This document shows, one piece after another, positions 24,901-36,876 of a stretch of 64,000 nt of DNA. The stretch is from Octopus sinensis (Eukaryota), in the NCBI RefSeq assembly GCF_006345805.1, contig NW_021834954.1:1970-65969 (forward strand), given 5' to 3'. A model generated the notes under the pieces. It ran no database searches and was not told the origin of the DNA. It saw only the letters and a list, made by a program, of their open reading frames with translations. Position numbers and translations under genes: made by a program. Within the stretch, counting starts at the first letter, position 1. The number at the start of each line of letters is the position of its first letter.

Positions 24901-25482
24901 AGATATACGTGTATATACCCACACACGCATATATACTATCTAAAACAAAAAAGAAACTTGATTATGTCCGAAGGGTAGTACTAGAATATTATTACTTTAT
25001 ATATTTGTGGTGTGTAATGAAATGTAAATGATGAGATAGTCAATGTTTATTTGTTAAAGGTACCAGCAGATTACTTGGATGTGTATGTGTGTCTGTTGGT
25101 ACGCGCGTGCTCGTGTCCCCTTTCTCAAGCGAAAAATGAATGCACCTTTTACAGAAATTACATGAAACGTATTATATGACGTTAGGGAAGTAACTGTAAG
25201 AGATATTTTCTGTTATCTCCCTACTGAACAGGTCATAGACTTTTGTCGCTATTTACTCTTATACTCTCATTTACTTGTTTCAGTCATTTGACTGTGGCCA
25301 TACTGGAGCACCACCTTTTGTCGAGCATATCGACCCCAGGACTTATTCTTTGTAGGCCTAGTACTTATTCTATCAGTCTCTTTCGCTGAACCTCTAAGTT
25401 ACAGACTAGCTTTAGTTGTGAAGCGATGTTTGGGGACAAACACAGACGTACACACACACAAACATATATATATATATATATA

Positions 25483-25521
<39 letters not shown>

Positions 25522-25524
25522 ATA

Positions 25525-25874
25525 TATACGACTGGATTATTTCAGTTTCCTCCCACCAAATCCAATCACAAGGCTTTGTTCGGCCCGGGTCTCAAGTAGA
25601 AGACATTTGCACAAGATGCCAAACAGTTGGAATAAACCCGAACATATATGTTACGTAAGTAGACTACTTAGCCCACAGCCATTCCTGCGCCTATATTCAT
25701 ATATGCGACGGACTTCTTTCGGTTTCCGTCTACGAACGCCACTCAGAAGTCTTTGGTCGGCTCGAGGCTATAGTTGAATACACTCGACGAAGGTGTCACG
25801 CGGTGGGACTTAACCTAGCACATTGCGGTTCTTAAGGAAACTACTTACCACACGGCCACTCCTACGCCTATCAC

Positions 25875-25928
<54 letters not shown>

Positions 25929-26366
25929 CGTATATAAAAGCACAGTCGCAAACACACCCGCACATACAGAAATGGAAACACACACATAGAAATGAAAGCG
26001 CATACTTACATTTGCTTCTGGCAAAAATGTATTTAAACTTACCGCACTTAAATATAAAAATTCACCTCCAATCAAGGAGTAACTCTTGCTATATTCCTTA
26101 CTGACAAGAGTCACGTCCCTTGAATGATACTAACACAATTTAATATTAGGAATTGTAAATAATATGCTCTAAGGGATATATGCAGAGTTGCCTCCCTTCC
26201 AATTACGTAATATTAGAAGTGGTTAAAGGAAAGGATTTTCCTCATATCTCTCGGAAACTGTAAGGGATGGAACGGGTGTTCTTTCCGTTTTATTAAGAGA
26301 ACTTGCATCTGTATGAGTGATAGTACGTGAGTGCATTCTCGTGTGCCCTTCGAGTGCGAACACACA

Positions 26367-26402
<36 letters not shown>

Positions 26403-27370
26403 TATATGTTTAAACATATACACGATGGGATTCCTTCCCCCAAATCCAATCACAAGGATTTAGTCGACCCTGGGCTACAGTAGAAGACAATTGCAGAAGA
26501 TGACAGGCAGTGGGAATGAACCCAAAACCATGTGGTTCGTAAGCAAACTACTTACCACATAGCCATTCCTACGACAGACTTCTTTCAGTTTCCGTTTATC
26601 AACTCCACTCAGAATACTTTGGTAGGCTCGAGGTTATAGTTGAATACACTTGCCGAAGGTGCCACGCTGTTCGTGAGCAATCACTCTCACTCACAATCAC
26701 TCGCGCGCAAACAGACACAGAATTGAAAGCACACACACACATATCGGCTGACCCAGACACTCATACAATTTCTTCAGAATGTCATGATTTTAAGGTCAAC
26801 ATATTTAAAACATAAATAGCTACGAGTTTGCATGTATCTCTGTGCCTGAGTGCGGAAGTGTGGGTATTTGTGCGTGTGTGAGCACAGTCCACACACACAT
26901 CCAAGGTAGTCGCATCGGCTAATGTGACCCAACCGCGAAAGTCTGTTTCACCCACGAGACTTCCGGACCCCATTAATGGACTCATTTGCATACAACCAAT
27001 CAGAGCTCACCTTGAACTTGTCAGTTTAACAAACATGATTCTCTGTATGGGAAGTAGCTTGGTTACTAACCACATGGTTCCGGGTTCAGTCCCACTGCGT
27101 GGTACCTTATGCAAGTGTTTTCTACTATAGCCTCATGCCAACCAAAGCCTTGTGAGTGGGTTTGTAGACGGAAACTGAAAGAAGACTGCATGCATATGTA
27201 AATATATAGTCGTAGAAGTGCTTTGTGGTAAGTATATTGCTTACCAAAGACATGGTTTCTGGTTCAGTCCCACTACGTGGCACCAATGGCAAGTCTTCTG
27301 CTATAGCCTCGGACAGACCAAAGCTTTGTGAGTGGATTTGGTAGACGGAAACAGAAAGAAGCCCTTCGTA
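25525..27370. mobile_element. Cluster of at least six family-A tRNA-SINE copies among TA/CA microsatellites
   Basis: Copies near 25525, 25705, 26420 and 26570 (minus) and 27045 and 27215 (plus). Confidence 0.75.
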
Positions 27371-27378
27371 TATATATA

Positions 27379-27419
<41 letters not shown>

Positions 27420-27579
27420 CGGGAAGCTTTATGAAAATAGACAAAAGACGAAGGCAGGTGGAATACAAACAAACAATTGTATTAGTATGGCGCTCAGGAA
27501 ATATAAATATGTCCGAGGCTATTGCAGAAGACTTGCCATTGGTGCCACGTAGTGGGACTGAACCAGAAACCATGTCTTT

Positions 27580-28250
27580 AAACATAGTAAATAGGGTAAT
27601 AAAATAAATTATTATTACCAGTGATCTAGCACAAAAGACAAATTAGTCATTAGACTATATGTTATTCATATATAAGTACATTAAAAGGCCCCTAAATAAA
27701 GAAGCAAGTACTAGATACACAAAAAGGGGATAAATTCAAGAAATGCAATGAAAATCAAAAACGTTTACCAACTCAGCTAATCTTGTACTGCAGTTTCGTC
27801 TTTTTATTAGCAAATGAATATAATTTATCTGCCAAGGCTAGACTCATCAGCAAGCAGCCTTTGTAATCCGAGAAGTACATATCATTAGAAGCACGTGCAA
27901 ATCTAACGACCTGTATACCCTAACTTTTCAGACCAGTGCGCAGACGCAAATCATACCCAGCGAACAGAGAGCATGCCGGTAGAAAGTCCACGAGCAAATT
28001 TGTCGAACAATATTTAAACATAGTAAATAGGGTAATAAAATAATTTATTATTACCAGGGATCAAGCACAAAAGATGAGTCTCGCCTTGGCAGATAAATTC
28101 TATTCATTTACTAAAAAAAAGACGAAACTGCAGTACAAGATTACCTGAGTTGGTAAACGTTTTTGATTTTCATTGCATTTCTTGAATTTATCCCCCTTTT
28201 TGTGTATCTAGTACTTGCTTCTTTATTTAGGGGCCTTTTAATGTACTTAT
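27580..28250. mobile_element. Non-coding PLE pseudo-LTR-like element with direct (27580-27640 / 28016-28075) and inverted (about 27672-27847 / 28074-28250) duplications
   Basis: Repeat pairs seen directly. Ends in (TA)n. Contains an HHR. Confidence 0.7.
27782..27854 (-). ncRNA. Type I hammerhead ribozyme motif
   Basis: Minus strand: cttg-CTGATGA-GTC-tagc...gcta-ataaaaa-GAC-GAAA-C-tgca-G-TA-caag. Helix I cttg/caag, helix II GTC/GAC, palindromic helix III ACTGCAGT, GUA triplet. Confidence 0.8.
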
Positions 28251-28372
28251 ATATATATATATTATATATATATATATATATATAATATATATATATATAT
28301 ATAATATATATATATATATAGATATAGACATAGATATATATAGACATAGATATATATAGAGGTATATTTGTG

Positions 28373-28411
<39 letters not shown>

Positions 28412-28462
28412 AGATATAGACATAGATATATATAGACATAGATATATATAGAGGTATATTTG

Positions 28463-28508
<46 letters not shown>

Positions 28509-28974
28509 TACTGATATATAGCTAGACATAGATATATATAGAGAGACATATATGTATATATATATTTATATATATATGTATATGTGTGTATGTTTCTGTG
28601 TCCCCAAAACCGCTTGACAACCGATGCTGGTGTTTTTACGCTCCATTAACTTAGCCGTTCGGGAAAAGAAGACCAAGAGAATAAATACTAGGCTGACATA
28701 GAATAAGTCCTGGTGTCGATTTGCTCCAGAAAAGGCTGCGCTCCAGCATGGGCACAGTGAAATGACCAAACAAGGAAAAGAGTAAAAGTGTGTGTCACGT
28801 TTGACTTTATATATTCTAGAGTTACTTCCCTTCATATAATTTAATAATAGTAATAACGTAATAACTTAAGGGAAGTAACTCGGGAATATTTTTTAGTTAT
28901 CTCCCTTTCTAAAGTTACTTCCCTTGCATGTTATTTTATTATATGCAAGGGAAGTAGCTTTGAAAGTTATTTTG

Positions 28975-30258
28975 TGGTAGGGGTTATGGTTACGGTTTTG
29001 GGTTAGGGTTTAGTGGTTGCGGTAGGGGTTAGGGTTAGGGGTTTGGGTTGGGGTTGGGTTGGGGTTAGGGGTTAGGGGTTAGGGTAGGGGTTAGGGTTGG
29101 GTTGGGGTTGGCGTTGGGTTAGGGGTTAGGGTTAGGGGTTAGGGGTTAGGGGTTGGGGTAGGGGTTAGGGGTTAGGGTTGGGGTTGGGTTGGGGTTGGGT
29201 TGGGGTTGGGTTGGGGTTGAGGTTAGGTGTTAGGGTATAGGGTTAGGGTTAGGGAAGGTGTTAGGGTTACGGTTAGGGGTTAGGGGTTAGGGTTAGGGTT
29301 GGGGTTGGGGTTTAGGATTATGGTTGGAGTTGGGGTTAGGGGTTATGGTTAGGGTTGTGGTTGGGGTTGGGTTGGGGTTAGGGTTAGGGGTTATGGTTAG
29401 GGGTTATGGTTAGGGGTTATGGTTAGGGGTTATGGTTAGGGGTAAGGGGTTTAGGGTTAGGGGTTAGTGGTTAGGGATATGGTTAGGGTTAGGGTTAGGG
29501 TTAGGGGTAAGGATTAGGGGTTAGGGTTAGGGTTAGGTGTTAGGGTTAGTGTTACTGTTAGGCGGTCAGGGTTAGGGTTAGGGGTTAGGGGTTGGGGTTA
29601 GGGTTAGGTTTAGGGGTTAGGGGTTAGGGTTAGGGGTTAGGGTTAGGTTTAGGGGTTAGAGGTTAGGGTTAGGGTATGGCTTAGGGTTAGGGTTTGGGTT
29701 AGGGTTAGAGTTACGGTTAGGGTTAGGGGTTAGAGTTAGGGGTCAGGGTTAGGGTTAGGGTTAGGGGTTAGGGTTAGGGGTTAGGGGTAGGTTTAGGGTT
29801 AGGGGTTGGGTTGGGGTTAGAGGCTAGGGTTAGGTTTAAGGGTTAGGGTTAGGGTGTCGGGTTAGGGTTAGGGATTAGAGTTAGGGGTTAGGTGTTAGGG
29901 TTTAGGGTTAGGGGTTAGGGGTTAGGGATATGGTTAGGAGTTAGAGGTTAGGGGTTGGGGTTAGCGGTTAGGGTTAGGGGTTAGGGATTAGGGGTCAGGT
30001 GTTAGGTTTAGGGGTTAGGGGTTAGGGGATAGGGGTTAGGGTTAGGGGTTAGGGTTAATGTTAGGAGTTAGGGTTAGGGTAAGGTTTAGGGGTTAGGTGT
30101 TAGGGATAGGGTTAGGGTTTGGATTAGGGTTAGGGTTAGGGTTAGGGGTTACGGTTACGGTTAGGGTTTAGGATTAGGGGTTAGGGTTAGGGTAAGACGT
30201 TATGGTAAGGAGTTAGGGTCAGCAGTTAGGGTTAGGGGCTAGGGTTAAGGATTAGGCT
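28975..30258 (+). repeat. Second interstitial degenerate (TTAGGG/TTAGGGG/TTGGGG)n array
   Basis: Direct inspection. G-rich strand is the same as in the first array. Confidence 0.92.
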
Positions 30259-30371
30259 AGATGAAAGACTGACTGATAGACAGACTGAGAGACAGGCTGA
30301 CAGAGAGGAAGATAGATAGGTAGACAGATAGACAGATAAATAGGCAGAGAGACAGACATATATAAATATAT

Positions 30372-30410
<39 letters not shown>

Positions 30411-30736
30411 TGGGGTGGAAGATGAGTTGATAAAGTTAAAGAAGAGACATGGTAACTTCAAAGAAAATAATTGACAAAGCAGCAAGTTCTGAAGGAAAGC
30501 AACATTCAAGATAATTGCAATATTGGTCTGGGATCATCTTGAGATTATTGCTCCGTTAATGCCAGATAGAGATATAACGGTTACTGCATTCAACCCATCT
30601 ATTTGAAATGTGTTCTCAAATTATGTACACACACACACACGCACACACACACACACACACGCACTCACACACACACACGCACACACACGCACTCACACAT
30701 ACACACACACACACACAACACACACACACACACGCA

Positions 30737-30784
<48 letters not shown>

Positions 30785-31287
30785 GACTTGTATGTATTAA
30801 AAATGATTTTCAAGGCATTGTTCTATTTTAGAACTATGACTTGTTTTGTTACATAGTGTATCTATAAAGAAAGCCATGGCGATTTTGTTCTCTCAGCCTA
30901 TCTGTAAAATTCGAAATCAAATATCAAAGTATAGAACGCTTGTTAAATAGATTAGATGCAATTAAAGTATTTGTAATTACACAAATGAACTGGTGTTCAT
31001 ACATGTGTTTATTCAGAATAAATGGAGTCTATGCTAGAATTGAAGTATATTTCCCATTGTGGTTTTGCAAGACAGTTCAACTTAGCTTAGCTGGCGTATT
31101 TGGAAAAAAATGCCTTACGACACACGAAGAGTTCGATGCTGTCGTGGCGGTGCTCAGAAGCCGAAAGGCTAATTGACTGGCGGTCACGTGAGAGAAGAGA
31201 GAGAAAAAAGGGGCAAAGGAATCAAAGAAAGAGAGAAAAAGAGGGACAAAGGCACCAAAGGGGGATATATATATATATATATATATA

Positions 31288-31570
31288 TCATCGTCATCAT
31301 CATCGTTTAACGTCGGTTTTCTGTGCTAGCACGGGTTGGACGGTTTGACCAGGGTCTGGGAAGCCAGGAGGCTGTGCCAGGCTCCAGTCTGATCTGGCAG
31401 TGTTTCTACAGCTGGATGCCCTTCCTAACGCCAACCACTCCGAGAGTGTAGTGGGTGCTTTTTCGTGCCACCGACACAGATGCCAGGGGAGGCTGGCAGC
31501 GGCCACGATCGGTTGGTGCTTTTTACGTGCCACCGGCATAGGTATCACAGCTGCTATTCCATTCATTTCG
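31288..31570 (-). mobile_element. RTE 3'-end fragment
   Basis: Reverse complement of 1700-2086, including the (CAT)n tail. Confidence 0.85.
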
Positions 31571-31985
31571 ATGTTTATGTACTTGACTCAAGCACAGCAG
31601 GTCATGTGCCACATATATGGGAGAGTCTTGTAGTTCGCTTGAAGCATTGTGTATTGTTTCTAAAAAAATAAAGTGTCTTGAATGGTACAACATTGCACTA
31701 TAATAACAACCATGGACTATAATAACTGTTATAATTTAATCATCCATAGTCTGATACAACATTTCGGAATATACTCGAAATACGACAACACGCACACTGA
31801 ATGCTCTCAATATACTGATACATAAAGGTCGACTTTAATCCTTTAGGGTCGATAAATTAAGGACCAGTTGAGTACTACACCCTCCCACAAAATTTCGGGC
31901 CTTGTGCCTAAAATAGAAAAGAAAATAGGGATAGGTAAAGGGAGAGAATTAGACTTTGCTGCTTGGAATATTTCAGGAGGGGAAG

Positions 31986-32068
31986 TACGCATGCGCATTG
32001 AAGGTGCTTCTTCCTTGATGTCGATTTCCGGTTAAATGTCCTTTGAATGAATTTCTTTTAATCAGCTG

Positions 32069-32120
<52 letters not shown>

Positions 32121-32270
32121 GTTTATAATACTTAAAATATGGACTTAAAATGCATTTTTCTACCAACACACACACATATATAAACAACACTACCCTTTAC
32201 GAGACATTTGCGTAAGTATTAAACAATGAAAAGATTCAATGTTTTTTTAAAATTTTCGGTTTTTGGCGCG
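31986..32270 (+). promoter_or_regulatory. Candidate TATA-less promoter and first exon (NRF1-like, ETS-like and E2F-like motifs; GTAAGT donor at 32212)
   Basis: TACGCATGCGCA at 31986, ATTTCCGGTT at 32024, TTTTGGCGCG at 32261. Motif matches only. Confidence 0.3.
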
Positions 32271-32302
32271 TAATTCTTTGCTCCTCTTCTCTCTTTTATG
32301 AA

Positions 32303-32560
32303 TGCGAGATGTCCATGATTTGTGCAAGATTTGGCTGCTATTTCTAGCTACTAAAGAGATATGTTTATGATATGTGCGAGATTTGGCTGCTATTTCTAAC
32401 TATAGAAAAAATATGTCTATGATCTGTTCGAGATTTGGCTGCTATTTCTAGCTATGAGAGTGAGACGTCTAAGAATTATGTGGGATTGGCTGCTATTTCT
32501 AGCTCTGAGAGTGAGATGTCTAAGAATTATGTGGGTTTTGGCTGCTATTTCTAGCTATGG
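32303..32560. repeat. 52-bp tandem repeat, 5 copies, core TTGGCTGCTATTTCTAGCT
   Basis: Core at 32331, 32383, 32435, 32486 and 32538. Confidence 0.9.
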
Positions 32561-32707
32561 AAGCTGCCTTCTTCCTTCTCCGTCGTTGCCTCTTTAGGTT
32601 GTTGTGTGTTTTAGTTTGAGAAATATTCTCAAATACTTTCCAAAACTGAAATATTTGGAAACCAATTCTTTATTTTAATTTATCCATTGTTTCTCGCTAT
32701 TACTATC

Positions 32708-32904
32708 GGGTACTATTTAAGAAGAATGGTCCCGGTGCGCGCACTCGCTCATCCGCGCCCGCTAGTCGTGACTAGTCGATCGTTACTCTCTGTTTTCGTC
32801 TTTTATTTATTTTGCTAGATAGTCGTTGTAGGATCGACTAGTCACGACTAGCTAGCTCGGATGAGCGAGTGCGCGCACCGGGACCACTCTTCATAAATAG
32901 TCCC
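32708..32904. mobile_element. CpG-rich palindromic MITE-like element with arms of about 70 bp; relatives at about 48612-48760 and 59598-59795
   Basis: gggtactatttaagaagaatggtcccggtgcgcgcactcgctcatccg...ctagtcgtgactagtcgatc, mirrored by gatcgactagtcacgactag...cggatgagcgagtgcgcgcaccgggaccactcttcataaatagtccc. Confidence 0.8.
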
Positions 32905-35900
32905 TTACTTTCGATGTGTGCCCAACCAACTAGTAATTTGTTTCCTCATAACTTTCTGAAATACCTTTTCAGATGGTGTAGATAAGAATTATGCAGGAAT
33001 TTGTTGTGTAAAGAAAAGTACAACTGAATGGAGGTTGTGGATAATTTATACACGTCGACTTTATATCCTCATACCTGTAGATAGAAAATTATGCTGAAAA
33101 CTATGGCCCAGTGTCGAAATAGCTCATCCACATAAATCGGATATTATTCGTTTTGAGGGGGATTTTTAAAAATTATCTTCACCATGCATTTGAAAATGAT
33201 GGGGGTGAGGCCTTTATGAAAAGTTATAAAAATATGATTTGCACCCGTTTTTAAGCCACCGAACACCATTGCAATTCTTGGGTATAATAATGGGCGATCC
33301 TTCGGTATAGGTACCATTAGTACCGGACGTGGCTTTGTTTACATTTCTGAAGATAACAGAAACCCTTTTCTCCCACCCTAACCCTAACCATGACCCCACC
33401 ATATATATTAAAAAAACACTTTCTTGAAATGTTTCCGGTACCTATACCGAAGTTACGCCTAATAATGTATACCGTCGGTAAAGGATGAATTTGTTTTTGT
33501 TTGTATAATAAAATATAAATTCTTATTTGGCAAAATATTTTTAGATGGTGAAAGAGAAAGTATTAAAAGATGAAATAATCGAGAGAAGAAAAAGGGAATT
33601 ACTTCACCAACGAAACAAAGGGAACGAAAGAAGTGGGAAAGGATTAACCAGTAGAAGATGGGTGGCGAGGGGTTCAATCTTTTATACTTTTAATGTTTTT
33701 TCTTCCTTTCCCTAGAAATTCCCCTAAAAATCTGCTGCTAAATATAAATCTATATTCGATGAAAGTAAATTGTCCTTCAAAAAGTGTATTTTACGATGGA
33801 AACCAGAAGTGATGAGAGTAATATACGAATATTTCATGAAACCCGTTTGATATTCGATTGGGCTGTTCCTGTGTGGGTCTCGGCAACTTGTATACTCCCG
33901 TTAAATTGTCAGCGATTCAACCAGTGTTGTTGATGCAAATGATGACAGCATCCATACACAGGCTATGGCGATGACGAAGGAAGGCGATGATGTGGAATTA
34001 CTCTTTTACTTGATTCAATCACCTGACTGTGGCCATGCTGGAGCACCGCCTTTGGACAAATCGACATCAGGACTTATTTTTTTAGCCTAGTTCTTATTCT
34101 GTTGTTGTCTTTTGACGAACCATTAAGCTACGAAGAACTAAATATAGCAACACTGATTGTCAAGCGGTCACGGGACACAAACAAACACGACGGGCATCTT
34201 TCAGTTTCTGTCTACCAAATCCCCCCCCCCCCAAAAAAAAACAAAACCCTCGGATATGTTTGCGTGGTATCAAGTACCCTGACCTCCTAATATGTTGCAA
34301 ACTTCTTATTTTTGTTCGGAAAAGTGGGGAGGGGGTTCGCCCCCCCATCATATCACGGAAACATTGGAATTTTTATTTTCTTACTGAAAATCGTGCGAGT
34401 GAAAGAATCAAATAATACCGAAGAGATGTTTCATTTGCAGATGAGACTGCGGAAGAGAATTGGATCAAAATTTACCATAACATTTTTTCAGATACAAATG
34501 AAAGAATAATTTATCTGACACAAACAGAAAATAATTGATGGAAATATACTTCAGCAATTTTCAGCAATTTCATGACCTTTTTTGTGTATGTTTAAAAAGA
34601 GTTTTTTTAACCCTACCCTTTTAAGTGTATAGTAGAGAAAAAGAATTTGACTCATGGAAGCATAAAAGTTTTCACAATAAACCGATGGTGAAGATGATGA
34701 TTATGATGTGCAAAACAAGTACCTGCTAAGAAAATCCACTTTTCCATTCTTTTGTGGGTGAGGCAGAGATTTTTCTGCCAGATGGCCTTCTTCTTGTGAA
34801 CCCTCACTAGTTTCCAAGCAAGGTAATATTTCCCCATGTCTGCACATATTTTCAGGTTGATGTGCATTGACATGTGTTAAGTGATATGAAGACACAAAAA
34901 CACACAGGACTACCTTCTTTGAGTTTCTGTCTATCAAATCCACTCAGATGGCTTTAGATGCTGCTATTAAAGAAGACACTTGCTCAAGGTGCTGCTCTGT
35001 GGAACTGAACTTGAAATCACATGGTTGGAAATCAAAGTTGTTTTCCTAATTTTCTTGGCTTTTCATTATTCATCAATGTTTATTCTTGCTTCATCTGTCA
35101 CAAAAATTGTAGTTCCGGCAGTTCTCCATGTGACAACATGACCTACTAGAAATAACAGCACATTTCTCTTCAATTTCTCCTATGGGTTACAAATATTGAA
35201 GACTGTATTGGATGACATAATTATAGATATAGAATGTTAGAGAAATAGACAAGATGTTCATGGATGGAATGTCTATAATCACATGTCTGTTCAGTCAGAA
35301 CTGACCTGGATCTAAACAACAAGTTATATTTCTGGAGAAAGACTAATGTTAGTGTCCACCATTCTGTAGTTTTATTTTAAAACCCTTACACAATGTGAAG
35401 GTGTCAGTGGAGTTGACAAATATCTAAGCTTCACACAAGATTCTATGATGTAAATTTTAATAAATGAAGTTCATCGTCATCTTTCGACCTCTATACTGGA
35501 AGCGATTCGATGGTTTGAGCAGGGCTGGCAAGCTGGGGAGCTGCAGCACACTCCAGTGTGCCCTTCCTCGTGCCAACCACCTCACAGTTCACAGGTTGCT
35601 TTTATGTGGCACTGCACAGGCAATTTTATGTGCCACCACAGAGTTGCTTTAATGTGGTGCCACTTTAACATGGCACTGCACATCTGCTTTTATGAAGACA
35701 GGTCACAAGTGTTTTTTACCACCAGACGGATGAGTCTGAATATTTCTGCTGTGGAGTACAGGTCTTCTTGGGTACAGCTGGGTGCCAGGCACCTTTGTCT
35801 TTATCATATCACCTGAAACTCTCCCATATCTTCTTGGGTGTCCCACTCCCATCTACTTTGAGAGATTGGCATTTCTTTATGGAGCTGTTGGCATCCAGCT

Positions 35901-36468
35901 CAGTTGTTAAGGTAAATGTTTGTTTCTGCAGTTTATCTCCATAGAATTGAATCTGTATTTTTTAAGTAGCCTCCACATTTTACACTGCTGTTTCTCTATA
36001 ATTTCAGAACATCAGATGACAGAAGAAGCATCATCAATGTCTACCATGTTTTAAAGACTAAACGAAAATATACAAAACTTGTATAACATTGTTTTTTACA
36101 AATCTGTGGAAGAATTCCTGTGAAACATTTGCTCTGAAATAATATATTTAGCCAAATTTCTGAACATTATTGACTGGAATGTCAAGAAGATAAGACTGTG
36201 TCATGATTAAAGTTTGATAAATTTATGAAAGGGTTGCTAAACAAAGGTCGCACAGGACAGAAATACAGCAGCAGAAGTGTTTGTAAGGAACAAAGTATAA
36301 AAACGAAAGCAAGAAAAATATATTGACTGGGATTTGAGAGGAAAAGTAAGAGAAAAGAGAGAGAAAAGAATTATAGAATAGATTTTTCCCTTAACACCTC
36401 ATAAAAGAGATGAGTTCATATGACTGAGGTATCTGTACAAATCCTTTTTTCGAAAAAGTAACCCAATT

Positions 36469-36876
36469 ATGCACAAACGTATTCATATTGGAGAGAAAGC
36501 GTACCACTGTGATATCTGTGGTAAATCATTCTCTAGCTGTGTTCACTTATCTACACACAAATATATTCATACAGGAGAGAGGCCATATCATTGTGATATC
36601 TGTGGTAAATCATTCTCTCAAAGTAATGACTTAAAGAAACACAAACCTATTCATACAGGAGAGAGGAAATATCATTGTGATATCTGTGGTAAACCATTCA
36701 TTCAACAGAGTGCCGTATCTATACACAAACGTATTCATACTGGAGAGAGGCCATATCATTGTGATATCTGTGGTAAATCATTCTCTCAAAGTACTGACTT
36801 CAAAAGACACAAACATATTCAAACAGGGGAGAAAGGAAAAGGGTATTTTCTATGGTTTCTTGTTTGCTATGTTTAA
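36469..36876 (+). CDS. C2H2 zinc-finger protein (4 fingers, the last lacking its second His); short gene or truncated paralog
   Basis: ORF with four YHCDICGK(S/P)F...H...H(TGE) units. Possible splice acceptor tttcag at 36002-36007 upstream. Confidence 0.75.
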   Translation: MHKRIHIGEKAYHCDICGKSFSSCVHLSTHKYIHTGERPYHCDICGKSFSQSNDLKKHKPIHTGERKYHCDICGKPFIQQSAVSIHKRIHTGERPYHCDICGKSFSQSTDFKRHKHIQTGEKGKGYFLWFLVCYV

